This document shows, piece by piece, positions 17,843 to 27,256 of a DNA stretch of 42,672 nt. Source of the DNA: Polyangiaceae bacterium. GTDB taxonomy: Bacteria > Myxococcota_A > Polyangia > Polyangiales > Polyangiaceae. The notes below the pieces were generated by a model, which did not search any database, was not told the DNA's origin, and saw only the letters and a program-made list of their open reading frames with translations. The stretch covers positions 1 through 42,672 of the forward strand of contig JAJDAH010000357.1 in the NCBI GenBank assembly GCA_029261965.1, read 5' to 3'. How positions within the stretch are numbered: the stretch's first letter is position 1; every line of letters begins with the position of its first letter. The position numbers and the translations under genes are program-made.

Positions 17843-19246
17843 ATGGGTGACGCGGCTCGTCGTTCCGCAGATGCACGCCTCGGGCGCACGCTCGGCGACC
17901 GTTGGACACTCGAACGACTCATCGGCGTCGGCGGGACCGCAGCCGTGTACGCGGCTCGCCACCGCAACGGAAAGCGTGTCGCGGTCAAAGTGCTGCATCC
18001 GGATCTGTCGAGCAATGCGGAACGGGTGCGCCGATTCCTTCGAGAGGGCTACGCCGCAAACGCCGTCGGACATCCCAACATCGTCAAGATCGATGACGAC
18101 GGCGTCGACACCGGAAGCGCGTTTCTCGTCATGGAACTCCTCGAGGGGGAATCGCTCGAAGCCAAGCTCGAACGTGACGGCCCGCTCGACGCGGAGGAGG
18201 CGGCGGCACACGCCGACCGACTTCTCGACGCGCTCGCCAGTGTCCACGATCGCGGCATCGTTCACCGCGATATCAAACCCGAGAACCTGTTTGTCACGAT
18301 CGACGGCGATCTCAAGGTGCTCGACTTCGGAATCGCACGACTTCGCGACGGGTCAGAGTCGAGCACCGAGACGCGAGATGGCGCCATCATGGGCACGCCG
18401 GCCTACATGGCACCCGAACAGGCACGCGGCCGCTGGGACGAAGTGGACACTCGCACGGATCTCTGGGCGGTCGGAGCCACGCTCTTTACTCTGCTGACGG
18501 GTGAGCACGTGCACGAAGCCGAGACCCCGAACGAGCAACTCGGCCTCGCCATGACCGCGCCGGCGCGCTCGCTCCGCAGGCTAGCGCCGCAATTGCCGGG
18601 GGGCTTGCTCGACGTGGTCGAGAACGCACTGGCCTACGATCGAGAGGATCGCCCGGAAAGCGCGTTGGCCATGCAGCAGTCGCTTCGCGCGGCAGTTGCG
18701 GGCAGCGGAGCACCTCCCAAAAAGACCGTGAGCAGGGTGCGCAAGAGACCGCTAGCGCCGGCGATAGGGCGCGCGAAACAAACCATCGGCGCGGAACGAG
18801 ATCTCGACGCGACACAGCCCGGCAGGGCGCCGTTGGTGTTCGTCGCCGGAGCCGCGGCCGTCGTCCTGGGCGGGGTAGCCATCGTCGCCCTCGCACCGGG
18901 CCACGCGCCGCGAAGCGAGCTAAGAACGCCATCGAGCACCGCTTCGACCACCACGACGGAGCGCGCCGACGACGAAGCCACTGAAGCCGTCGACCCCGAC
19001 CACGGCGCAACAGCCACCGCCAAGCGCGGCGAGCACGCCGACGACGAAGAGCACTCGCCGAAGCCGGCGCCGACGCGATCGACGCCGCCGGCGAGCGCGG
19101 ACGCGCCCGCGGGATCGCCCGGCCAGACCACGCTTCCTGCCGCAGACGAGCGTGCACGGGAGCCGCGCTCGAATGAGCGATTACGACCCCAAACCGAGGC
19201 CAGCTCCCGCACCGATCCGCGGCGTCCGCTGGACCGTCGACGCTGA
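17843..19246 (+). CDS. Hanks-type Ser/Thr protein kinase with TM segment and disordered C-terminal tail
   Basis: GVGGTAAVY...VAVK ATP-binding region, HRDIKPEN catalytic loop, DFG, and GTPAYMAPE activation segment. A TM helix (LVFVAGAAAVVLGGVAIVAL) and a Pro/Ala/Asp-rich tail. Confidence 0.85.
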   Translation: MGDAARRSADARLGRTLGDRWTLERLIGVGGTAAVYAARHRNGKRVAVKVLHPDLSSNAERVRRFLREGYAANAVGHPNIVKIDDDGVDTGSAFLVMELLEGESLEAKLERDGPLDAEEAAAHADRLLDALASVHDRGIVHRDIKPENLFVTIDGDLKVLDFGIARLRDGSESSTETRDGAIMGTPAYMAPEQARGRWDEVDTRTDLWAVGATLFTLLTGEHVHEAETPNEQLGLAMTAPARSLRRLAPQLPGGLLDVVENALAYDREDRPESALAMQQSLRAAVAGSGAPPKKTVSRVRKRPLAPAIGRAKQTIGAERDLDATQPGRAPLVFVAGAAAVVLGGVAIVALAPGHAPRSELRTPSSTASTTTTERADDEATEAVDPDHGATATAKRGEHADDEEHSPKPAPTRSTPPASADAPAGSPGQTTLPAADERAREPRSNERLRPQTEASSRTDPRRPLDRRR

Positions 19247-19278
19247 GACAGCGCACCCGAACCCTGTATCATGCGCGC

Positions 19279-20256
19279 GTGCACGCGCGGGCGCTCTGTC
19301 TGGCAGTGATGCTGAGCTCGACGGCCGCGCTCGCACAACCGAAAGACCCGGTCACCGCCGAGGCCCTCTTCAAAGCGGGCCGCAGCGCCGCCGACCTCGG
19401 TGAGCATGCCGAAGCCTGTGAAAAATTTCAGGAGAGCCATCGACTCGATCCAGCGCTGGGCACTCTGCTCAACATCGGCATTTGTGAGGAAGGCCTCGGT
19501 AATCTCGCCGGCGCATGGCAGCACTACCAAGAAGTGATCCACGGACTCGATGCCCGAGACGGCCGCCTACCGGTCGCCCAAGCCCGAGCCGCGGCCCTCG
19601 ATCCGCGCCTTCCGCGACTCGTCATTCGCCGCGCGCCGAACGCGCCCGAGGCCATGCGTGTTCGGCGTGAAGGGATCGAGCTCACGGAGGCCAGCTTCGA
19701 CGTGGCGCTGCCCATCAACCCAGGGCGCCATTCGCTCGTCGTCACGGCCACCGGCTACGACGAGCAGCGCTTCTGGGTGCAACTCGACGAGGGCCAAACG
19801 CGGGAACTCGTGGTTCACACAGGTCCGAAGACCGCCCCACCCCGCTCACCCCCGCCCGCCACCAAGGAGCAACGCGCAGCGTTGGTCCCGCGAGCGCGAC
19901 CTGTGATGCGACCGCCTATGCCACCAGACGAGTCTTCGGTTGCGCGGCCAACCGGTTTCGCGATCCTGGGCGTGGGCGCGGCGTCTCTCGGGGTCGGTGC
20001 CGTGGCGGGCGCGCTGGTGCTCGACCGAAAAAACACCGTCGACGCCGAGTGTGAGGTCGAGCTATGCACGAGCCGCGGACTCCGAGCAGCAGACGACGGC
20101 AGGCGATTCACGCGGCTCAGCACCGCTACGTTCGCCATTGGGATCGCCGGGGTCGGCGCTGGCCTGTACCTGGTTCTGAAAAGACCGCGCCGTACAGCGA
20201 TCACGGCAACCGTCAGCCCCGAACGTTCGAGCATCTGGCTCGTGCAACCGTTCTGA
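19279..20256 (+). CDS. secreted hypothetical protein (signal peptide, C-terminal TM)
   Basis: A GTG start. Signal ARALCLAVMLSSTAALAQP. A C-terminal hydrophobic stretch FAILGVGAASLGVGAVAGALVL. Confidence 0.5.
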   Translation: MHARALCLAVMLSSTAALAQPKDPVTAEALFKAGRSAADLGEHAEACEKFQESHRLDPALGTLLNIGICEEGLGNLAGAWQHYQEVIHGLDARDGRLPVAQARAAALDPRLPRLVIRRAPNAPEAMRVRREGIELTEASFDVALPINPGRHSLVVTATGYDEQRFWVQLDEGQTRELVVHTGPKTAPPRSPPPATKEQRAALVPRARPVMRPPMPPDESSVARPTGFAILGVGAASLGVGAVAGALVLDRKNTVDAECEVELCTSRGLRAADDGRRFTRLSTATFAIGIAGVGAGLYLVLKRPRRTAITATVSPERSSIWLVQPF

Positions 20257-20259
20257 AGC

Positions 20260-21735
20260 TCACTCGAGAGCGCCACTGGCGCCGTCGATCCTGAGGATCA
20301 GGCCATCGGTGGCGCCGCCGCCGCTGAAGGCTGCACCTTGATAGCGAGCGGTCGACGTGAAGGAGCCTCCAATGAACAGTGATCCGTCTTGACCGAGAGC
20401 GATCGAGCTCGCGTCGTCACGAAACGGACCACCCAGGCTCGTTGCCCAGCGCAGCTCGCCGTCAGCAGTCCAGCTCGCCACGAGGACGTCGCGACCACCG
20501 CGGCTCGAAAGCACGCTACCCGCGACCTCGATCTGGCCCATGAACGGCGCGACGACAAAAACATTCCCATCGACGTCCACCGCGGTCTGCGCATCGGTCG
20601 GATCCCCGGTGGGGACTCCGGTGCGAATGCGCTCCACCCACGAGAAACGCGTCGAAGCGCTCGAAGTGAGATCGTCGATGCTTACTCTCCCAATGACCGA
20701 GCTAGACGGCGAAACGTCGATTGCCCCGAGCACGTACAAGTCTTGCTGGTCGTTGGACCTCGCATTGCCCACCGCGGTGGCGAAGCCTGGTTTCGACATC
20801 GCCAGACTGGTCAAGCAGTCGAAGTCCGCCTCCCCGACGACCGCCACCGTTTGCGCTGTCGAAGCGTCGTCGAAGCAAACCAAGAACGAGTCAGGTCCTG
20901 TCCCAACCGAGTCGAGCATCTTGCCGCCGAGAGTGACTGCGCCTTCGAAGCAACCGCCCACGCAGAACTCCCCCGCGGCGGCGGCTACGCCGAGGGCGAA
21001 ACCCGAACCCGATTCGAGAAAATCCCCGTCCGCTGGCACTTGATCGCCTGTCGAAAGGTCGTGCCGAGAAACGAAGAGCTGCGCTCGGAGAGCATCTTGT
21101 CGCGCTGTCAGTCCTCCGACGACCAGGTGGTTGCCCACCACGGCTATGGCTCGCCCTTCGTCCCAACCTCCGCCTCGAATCGCGTGGGCCCAGCGAAAAG
21201 TGCTGAGTCCGCTGTAGCTGACGACAAACGCGTCGAACAGGCCCTCGGTCACGAGCGGACCGCCGCCGAAGTCGGCAAACGGAGTGCCAAAAGCGCCGGT
21301 GACATAGACGTTGCTTTCATCGTCCACCGCGAGGGCCGTCGACACATCACCGATGAATGCGAAGCCGACTTCGCCACCAAAACGCTGAACCCACTGAAAT
21401 TCTCCGGTAGCGGAATAGCGCGCAACGAAACCGTCGAACTCGCTCGCCGTGAGCGAAACCCCGGGCGCGAAATCTATGCGTTGGGAAAAGTGCCCCGCGA
21501 TATAGACGCTTCCTTCCGCATCGAGAGCGATGGCCGTGACCGCATCGAAACCGTCCCCGCCGACGACGCGCGGCCAAAACGCCGAGGGCGGCGGCCGCGG
21601 CGGCGGCGATCCGGCGTCCACCGGGGCGAGGGCGTAGCCTCGAAAGTCCTCTCCGACGAGATCGGCGCACGCGCTAGCGCACACGGCCGCCGCTCCGACC
21701 AAGCCGGCGACGCGACAGGAGAACAGCTCGTGCAC
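20260..21735 (-). CDS. secreted beta-propeller repeat (SBBP-type) protein
   Basis: Repeated G.xxD.G..IA.D..GNVYVTG-like blocks. A signal-like segment RVAGLVGAAAVCASAC. The start is placed at an in-frame GTG (~21735) because the upstream part of the long ORF is Arg-rich. The antisense ORF 20389-22107 is rejected. Confidence 0.55.
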   Translation of the reverse strand: MHELFSCRVAGLVGAAAVCASACADLVGEDFRGYALAPVDAGSPPPRPPPSAFWPRVVGGDGFDAVTAIALDAEGSVYIAGHFSQRIDFAPGVSLTASEFDGFVARYSATGEFQWVQRFGGEVGFAFIGDVSTALAVDDESNVYVTGAFGTPFADFGGGPLVTEGLFDAFVVSYSGLSTFRWAHAIRGGGWDEGRAIAVVGNHLVVGGLTARQDALRAQLFVSRHDLSTGDQVPADGDFLESGSGFALGVAAAAGEFCVGGCFEGAVTLGGKMLDSVGTGPDSFLVCFDDASTAQTVAVVGEADFDCLTSLAMSKPGFATAVGNARSNDQQDLYVLGAIDVSPSSSVIGRVSIDDLTSSASTRFSWVERIRTGVPTGDPTDAQTAVDVDGNVFVVAPFMGQIEVAGSVLSSRGGRDVLVASWTADGELRWATSLGGPFRDDASSIALGQDGSLFIGGSFTSTARYQGAAFSGGGATDGLILRIDGASGALE

Positions 21736-21775
21736 GTCATGAGCATAGCTCAGCCGCGCTCGAGCACGCGCGGCC

Positions 21776-22330
21776 TCAACGCTGAAACGGGTTCGCTCGG
21801 GCGAAGTTGCCGCGAACGACGACTTTGCCGGACCTCGTCTTCGCTTTGCTCGGCCCGCCGACTTCGGCGCACAGCGGATCGGTGCAGCTGCCCGGCGCGC
21901 GAGGCCGTGGACTCGGTTTCGGCGCTGGCACCGCCTCGAGCTCGTCGGCGGCACGAGCTATCGCTACGGCTTGCCCTTCGAAGTCGAGATCGACACTCGA
22001 GGCTCGCGAAATGGGCACAGCGCTCGCCGCCGCGACAGCCCTCGTTCGAAGACTCCGGAGCTTCGCGCGGAGCTTCTGTTGCGCCGCCCGCTCTTTTCCG
22101 GCCTTGAAGAGCTCGTTCGCTTCCTGGATCACCGCCGCCGTCTCAGCGCGCCCGAGCCGCGCCGAGACGAGGCCATCGAGCGGTGAAGATTTTTCGTCAC
22201 GCGACGCTCGCGCGACTTCGAGATGGCCATCGACGCGTACGGGCCGCCCGGAGCTTTCGCCATATTCCAAACGCACAGAAGCGAGCGACTGGACCGAGGT
22301 CGGGGAATCGGACACGCGTACGCGCAACAA
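21776..22330 (-). CDS. hypothetical protein, or C-terminal continuation of the VWA protein after a frameshift
   Basis: Coherent non-repetitive translation (VIQEANELFKAGKERAAQQKLRAKL...) in the frame adjacent to the point where the VWA ORF turns low-complexity. Confidence 0.35.
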   Translation of the reverse strand: MLRVRVSDSPTSVQSLASVRLEYGESSGRPVRVDGHLEVARASRDEKSSPLDGLVSARLGRAETAAVIQEANELFKAGKERAAQQKLRAKLRSLRTRAVAAASAVPISRASSVDLDFEGQAVAIARAADELEAVPAPKPSPRPRAPGSCTDPLCAEVGGPSKAKTRSGKVVVRGNFARANPFQR

Positions 22331-23280
22331 AACCGTCTTCTGTCGGCAGCGGCGAGATCGCCGAGCGGAACTTCGACGGTTCGACCGTTGCGACGAAATG
22401 CGCGATCGTAGACTTCGGCGAGTTCGATGCCCGCCGGCAGATCGATCGCGAGAGATGCGCCAGTCGCCACGGTGCTCGCCAATGCCGTGAGCTCGCGGTC
22501 GAAAGTGGCGGGCAAGTCGGCCGAGTCCTCCACGAAGTGGTGCCGTCCGTTCGACTCGCGGGCCAACACGCCCAGTACTCGCTCGTTGTAGTCGACGTCG
22601 ACGCCGATCGAGCTGATGGCCACACCCCCAGCCCGCACTCGCTCGGCGAGACCACGAAACCCGTCGAGGGAGCGCACGCCAGAATTAGCCTCGCCGTCGC
22701 TCAGCAAGAGCACGTGGTTGACCATGTCTTTTCGATCGCCGAGGGCGCCGAGCGCGGCCTCGACGCCACACGAAACGCATGTGTCGCCGCTCGCGCTGAT
22801 CCGGCCGAGCGCAGCGACCGCGCGCTCGCGCGAATCGTCGTCGATGCGAGTGGCGGGCAGGTCAACGCTCGTCGTCGTGTTGTAGCTGACGACATTGACG
22901 AAGTCGCCAACTCGCAAACGACGAATCATCCCGCGCGCGGCATCGAGCGCGTTTCGCAAGCGTTTGCCCTTCATCGAGCCGGAGCGGTCGATGGCGATCG
23001 ACAGGTTGACTGGCGGCGAGCGGTCGACGGCGCCCGCGGGAGCCGTGACGTCGACGAACACGAAGGTCTCTCGGCTGCCCCTCTCGAGCTGGGCATGGCC
23101 GGCGCGTGCTTCGACGTTCAGCGTGCCGCTCGACAAGAACTCGGTTTTCGCCCGAGGCTCGGGAGGCATTTCGACCGACGCGAAGCGGAGCCTCGAAGCC
23201 GGCTCGGTAACGGACCAAACCGTCACGCTCGTGAGCACCATGCTCGCCGCTGCCAAAAACCCCGCAATTTTCACATTCAT
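22129..23280 (-). CDS. von Willebrand factor type A (VWA) domain protein; C-terminal region probably frameshifted
   Basis: ATG at 23280 lies 7 nt after GGAGG. Signal/TM MNVKIAGFLAAASMVLTSVTVW. MIDAS motif DRSGSM and LLLSDGEAN. After ...DLAAADRRR the frame degenerates into Arg/Ser-rich text. A coherent protein sequence continues in the -1 frame (ORF 21776-22330) across an A4 run at 22330-22333. Confidence 0.6.
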   Translation of the reverse strand: MNVKIAGFLAAASMVLTSVTVWSVTEPASRLRFASVEMPPEPRAKTEFLSSGTLNVEARAGHAQLERGSRETFVFVDVTAPAGAVDRSPPVNLSIAIDRSGSMKGKRLRNALDAARGMIRRLRVGDFVNVVSYNTTTSVDLPATRIDDDSRERAVAALGRISASGDTCVSCGVEAALGALGDRKDMVNHVLLLSDGEANSGVRSLDGFRGLAERVRAGGVAISSIGVDVDYNERVLGVLARESNGRHHFVEDSADLPATFDRELTALASTVATGASLAIDLPAGIELAEVYDRAFRRNGRTVEVPLGDLAAADRRRFCCAYACPIPRPRSSRSLLCVWNMAKAPGGPYASMAISKSRERRVTKNLHRSMASSRRGSGALRRRR

Positions 23281-23416
23281 CGCCAGCCTCCTCGTAGACC
23301 CCCGGGTTCCCGCTCAGCTTGAACCCTGAAACACACAGCGGGGAGCCGCATTGGGATTCTTTCGCAGGTCTCGAGGCGCCCAAACCATGGCAGCCGCCGG
23401 TGGTAACCTCCCGCCG

Positions 23417-24001
23417 ATGCAGCCTCCGACCCGTGGACCGTCGATTCTGAAGCGGATTTTCTTGCTGGCCGCCCTCACCAGCCCGTTTGCGGCCTGCGGC
23501 GCAAGCCAGCCGCCCAGCGCACTTCCGCCGGCACCGAGCGCTCCCGATGCGGCAACCTCCGAAAACCCGGGCAAAGATGCGGGAGGCGAAGCCCCGGCAA
23601 GAACCCAAGCGCCGACCTCGCCGCGGCGGCCGGAGTGCCAGGGGTGTCTTCCGAAAGTCGAAGGAGGGTGCTCGAAAACCGCCACCGCGGCATGCGGCAC
23701 GCCCGCCGAGGCTCGCTCTTGCACGCGAGACATCCCTTGCGAGCAAAGCTGTTGCGATGACGCGTGCCAGGCGGACGCCGAATGCCACCTGGGCGACTTG
23801 ATGCCGTGCTGCACGAGCTGCGTTTGTCCGGCGCCACCGACAGCCGTCAGCAAGGCCGCTTTCGAACGCCAGACCGCGTGGTGCGCACAAGTCGACTGCG
23901 CCGCCGAAGACGTCGAGTGCCCGCCCTGCGATACGGCCGCGAGGTACCCGCCGATGCGCGCAGCGTGCGTCAAAGGGCACTGTCGAGCACTGCCAGAATG
24001 A
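23417..24001 (+). CDS. Cys-rich lipoprotein
   Basis: ATG at 23417. Signal plus lipobox ILKRIFLLAALTSPFAAC. A Pro/Ala-rich linker is followed by a domain with ~24 Cys. Confidence 0.6.
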   Translation: MQPPTRGPSILKRIFLLAALTSPFAACGASQPPSALPPAPSAPDAATSENPGKDAGGEAPARTQAPTSPRRPECQGCLPKVEGGCSKTATAACGTPAEARSCTRDIPCEQSCCDDACQADAECHLGDLMPCCTSCVCPAPPTAVSKAAFERQTAWCAQVDCAAEDVECPPCDTAARYPPMRAACVKGHCRALPE

Positions 24002-24052
24002 AATAGCGACGGCCGCGACGCCTTGGGGAGGGCACCGCGACCGTCCGGGTGG

Positions 24053-24469
24053 TCACGCGACGAAGACTCGAACGACTTCGATCTCGCCGACGATGGCGTC
24101 GTTGAAGGCGTCGAGATCCACCGCCGGGATCCAGTACTCTTCGTGGATGTGCGACCCGACTCGATGCACCGAGTAGCGCGCGAGGAACTCGGAGAGAACG
24201 CGGAAGCGCGTGACGAATCCGACGCCGGCGTGCTTCGCGTTCCAGTCCTCGGCGATCTGCGCAGCGTAGTGCTCGTGGCAGACCGGGTAGAAGAACTCCT
24301 GCTGGCGCAAGCGCGGCGGGAACCGACGATACTTGGCGAGGGCGATCTCCCGGAGCTCGAGATCGCCGACCGGCCGGTAGAGCCGACGGGTCTCGAGCGC
24401 CTCGACTCCGTGCGGGAACAGGAGTCGAGCGGGCGCGCTCGGAGGCTGGTTGTGGATCTTGGTCTTCAT
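24053..24469 (-). CDS. hypothetical protein (138 aa)
   Basis: ATG at 24469 lies 6 nt after GGGAGG. The N-terminal extension of the long ORF overlaps the tRNA-Ser gene and was discarded. No family was recognised. Confidence 0.45.
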   Translation of the reverse strand: MKTKIHNQPPSAPARLLFPHGVEALETRRLYRPVGDLELREIALAKYRRFPPRLRQQEFFYPVCHEHYAAQIAEDWNAKHAGVGFVTRFRVLSEFLARYSVHRVGSHIHEEYWIPAVDLDAFNDAIVGEIEVVRVFVA

Positions 24470-24682
24470 GACGGACCTCCCGCGTCGGGAGGAAAAAAAC
24501 TCGCAGGTTCGACGACTCGTGCAGGGTGGATCTTGGGTCCGGGAATGGAATGCAGCTCCGGGCCGTTTAGTAGGTTGGAGGAAGCTGGAGGTCTCGATCC
24601 CCAAACGGCGTGAGCCGCTCGCATCGGCTAGCAACCGAGCTCGCTCCCGTGAGCGATTCAGCTTCCGGAGAGAAGCAGGCAG

Positions 24683-24769
24683 AGGAAGGTGACGGAGTCG
24701 AACCGCTGCCACGACTGTGACCACTGGTTTTCGAGACCAGCCTGAGCACCAGCGCTCAGCTCACCTTCC
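24683..24769 (-). tRNA. tRNA-Ser (anticodon CGA), class II with long variable arm
   Basis: The reverse-complement folds as acceptor GGAAGGT/ACCTTCC 7/7, anticodon stem CTGGT/ACCAG with loop CTCGAAA, a long variable arm, and T-loop TTCGACT. The D-arm is atypically long and the discriminator is not G, so the call is tentative. Confidence 0.6.
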
Positions 24770-24855
24770 GAAAGAAGTTGCCCTCGCCTCGTTTTTTTCG
24801 AGTCGTGACGCCCGGGCCAGGCGGCGGAGTTTTTCGTCCTCCGATTCGACGGGGC

Positions 24856-25389
24856 TCAGACGATGCCTGCCGACGCTTGCGGTCGACAGAAGTCACGCCA
24901 CTCGTTCGGAACGCGGTTGACGTCCATGAACGGCGGCGTGAGCGGCAGCGTCTTCGGCTGAAACGGCGCTCGAGCGAGCCGCATGCTCGCCTCGGCCGGC
25001 GTACGGTTCGCCTTCTTCGAGTTGCAGCCGTAGCACGAGGTCACGATGTTCTCCCACGTCGTCCGGCCACCCCGAGCCCGCGGGGTGACGTGGTCGTACG
25101 TGAGCTTGCGCGCCGGAAGCTGCGTGTTGCAGTAGCAGCACGTGAAGCGGTCACGGGTGTAGACGTTGATCCGCGAAAACTTCACGCCCCGCTTGGTGCG
25201 ACTCAACTTCTTCTTGAGGCGCATCACTGCCGGCATCTTGATCGTCGTGGACGGCGAGCTGATCTCTTCGGCGTACTCGACGACGACGTCGGCCTTGCCG
25301 AGGAAATGCAGCGTCACCGCGTCCTGCCAGGACACGATCTTGTGCGGGAAGTACCAATGCGTGAGCAGCAGCGTTTGTTGCGGATTCAT
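24856..25389 (-). CDS. HNH endonuclease
   Basis: CCYCN...YDHVTPRARGG...NIVTSCYGCNSKK, the HNH/zinc-hook signature. ATG at 25389 preceded by GGAGG. Confidence 0.8.
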   Translation of the reverse strand: MNPQQTLLLTHWYFPHKIVSWQDAVTLHFLGKADVVVEYAEEISSPSTTIKMPAVMRLKKKLSRTKRGVKFSRINVYTRDRFTCCYCNTQLPARKLTYDHVTPRARGGRTTWENIVTSCYGCNSKKANRTPAEASMRLARAPFQPKTLPLTPPFMDVNRVPNEWRDFCRPQASAGIV

Positions 25390-25543
25390 GACTCCTACCT
25401 CCGTTTTCGTTTCATTTTCTCTTCACGTCTCCGAAAGAAGCTCCCGAAGGAGCGACAGAAAAAGTCGAGCTCGGGGGCGCGGACTCACCCGCGGCGAGGA
25501 GCCCGCAAGACCCCCGAGCTCTGTGTGTTCGCACCTCGGTCAC

Positions 25544-26656
25544 TCAGACGTGACCGTTGTTGCCGCGCGGACCGAGCAAGTCGGCCGGCAGCAACGACTT
25601 GAGGCCGTCGGCGCCGACGACGATCCGGACTTCTCCGATTTGCGAAGCAATGTCCTTCATCGCGTCGAGCTCCTTGAGCCGAAGCAGGACCGGCTGGTCC
25701 GCCATGACCCGCGCCGTGTTGGCCAGCGACCGCGTCGCCGCCGTCTCCTCGCGACGGAGAATGACGTTGGCTGCGGCCTCCTTCTCGGCCTCGATGACGC
25801 GATTGAGCAGCGTCTTCATCTCGCCGGGCAACACGACGTCCTTGACGCCGACCCGTTCGACGCGAACGCCGAACTTGGCTGCCTTGCCGATGACCTGCTG
25901 CTCGAGCGCGTTGGTCATCGCGTCGCGACCTTCGAGAAGCTCGTCGAGGGTCGCGGCCGAGACGTAGTCCCGAGCCGCGAGCTGCACGACCGTGTAGATC
26001 GTGTCTCGCAGGTTCGTGACCGCGTGGGCGGCGAGCGCCGGGTCTTCGATCGCGTACTCGACCGTCAGCGACAGGCGAAGCGTGACCTTGTCACGCGTCA
26101 TCAAGTCCTGACCGACGATGGCGAGCTGGTCGCTACGCATGTCGATGACGCCCACGTGGACTTCCTTTTCCGGGTGCGTCCAGAACGTGTGCCGACCCGG
26201 CTCGAGCAAACGCTCGAGGCGACCCTGCACGTACAGAAGGCCACGCTGGTACGCGAGGACCGTCGCTTCGACGATCTCACGCGCCGGCACGACGAGCTTG
26301 AGCTCGTCCGTGAGCTCCGGCAGCGGCTCGTCGACGTCGAAGACGTCGAGCTTCACCGACGGGTCGACCGTCCAGAAACGGTGCGTGCCCGGCCGGAGGA
26401 ACTTGCGCGGCTTGCCGTCGGCGTAGAGCACCGCACGCTGACGCTTGCCGAGGGTGATCTCCTGGAACCACTCGGCCGGCAGCGCGGCGCGCACCTCGGG
26501 CAGCGCGTCGAAGAGCAGCTGGTCCGTCTTGAACCGCTGCTCGGTCAGGCGCAGTCCCCAAAGAACGTGGCGACCCGGACCGCATGCACGGATCGGGAGG
26601 CCGTTCTTGAAGATGACCGCGCGTTCGTTCAACTTGACGCGAATCGTCTTGTACAT
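25544..26656 (-). CDS. SPFH/band-7 (stomatin/prohibitin-like) domain protein
   Basis: ATG at 26656 lies 8 nt after GGAGG. MYKTIRVKLNERAVIFKNG N-terminus, then an SPFH core (LTVEYAIEDP...VKDVVLPGEMK...) and a coiled-coil tail. The 120-codon upstream extension is Pro/Ser/Arg-rich junk. Confidence 0.75.
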   Translation of the reverse strand: MYKTIRVKLNERAVIFKNGLPIRACGPGRHVLWGLRLTEQRFKTDQLLFDALPEVRAALPAEWFQEITLGKRQRAVLYADGKPRKFLRPGTHRFWTVDPSVKLDVFDVDEPLPELTDELKLVVPAREIVEATVLAYQRGLLYVQGRLERLLEPGRHTFWTHPEKEVHVGVIDMRSDQLAIVGQDLMTRDKVTLRLSLTVEYAIEDPALAAHAVTNLRDTIYTVVQLAARDYVSAATLDELLEGRDAMTNALEQQVIGKAAKFGVRVERVGVKDVVLPGEMKTLLNRVIEAEKEAAANVILRREETAATRSLANTARVMADQPVLLRLKELDAMKDIASQIGEVRIVVGADGLKSLLPADLLGPRGNNGHV

Positions 26657-27094
26657 TTTCGATGCCTCCACGTGAGGTTTGGGGTGAGGTGCCGGGTGCT
26701 CACCATCGAGCACGTCGGCGTGGCTCCGCATTGGCGGAGCCGAAGTAGGGGGATCGGGGCACGGCCGCAGTTGCGATGAGTTGCGAGGGGGGAGGAGCGG
26801 CCATGCCCCGTCCGAAGTAGTGGTCCAGAGAGCCGCGGAGACCCCAAACGCTCGAGGGTCGCTCGTGTTGCCGGCTGCAGACGTGCGGCAGCCGGTTCGA
26901 CGTGGCGACGCTCGAACGCTCGCGGACCCTCGGAGGCGCGGAATGGGCGGACCGCTGTTCGGGAGCGATGGTGGTCGCCGCAACGATGACCACCGCCCGT
27001 GAAAAGCGGCGCGCATGACCCCGGGCCTACCGTGGGCTCGTCGCCTACGAGTGCTTCCGAGGAAGCACCCGCGGCAACGCTGGGGCTCGGACTC

Positions 27095-27170
27095 TTTGGA
27101 CCGATAGGAAGACGTTGTTGTTACGTCGTGGGAGTTGCAGTCCCATTTTCCAACTGAGCTACATCCGTTT
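27095..27170 (-). pseudogene. degenerate tRNA-like unit with Cys (GCA) anticodon arm
   Basis: A canonical 5' part GGATGTAGCTCAGTTGG, then anticodon arm TGGGA-CTGCAAC-TCCCA. There is no D-stem 3' strand, a non-canonical T-arm (GACGT-AACAACA-ACGTC), and no acceptor pairing. Confidence 0.3.
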
Positions 27171-27171
27171 C

Positions 27172-27256
27172 ATGGATGACGGGAGTCGAACCCGCGACCG
27201 TCAGATTCCAAGTCTGATGCTCTTACCGAGGGGGTGGTCCCGACTTACGAGGTCGG
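27172..27256 (-). pseudogene. degenerate tRNA-like unit with Pro (UGG) anticodon arm
   Basis: Good anticodon arm TCAGA-CTTGGAA-TCTGA and T-arm GCGGG-TTCGACT-CCCGT. The 3' acceptor strand CATCCAT has no 5' partner upstream. Instead it is complementary (6/7) to the 5' end (ACGGATG) of the next unit downstream. Confidence 0.3.

Noticed and set aside
20389-22107. 572 aa plus-strand ORF
   Set aside because: Arg/Ser-rich translation antisense to the beta-propeller repeat gene, whose repeats are recognisable.
25166-26779. 537 aa plus-strand ORF
   Set aside because: Antisense to the SPFH/band-7 gene and the HNH gene. Arg/Asp/Leu-rich with no motifs.
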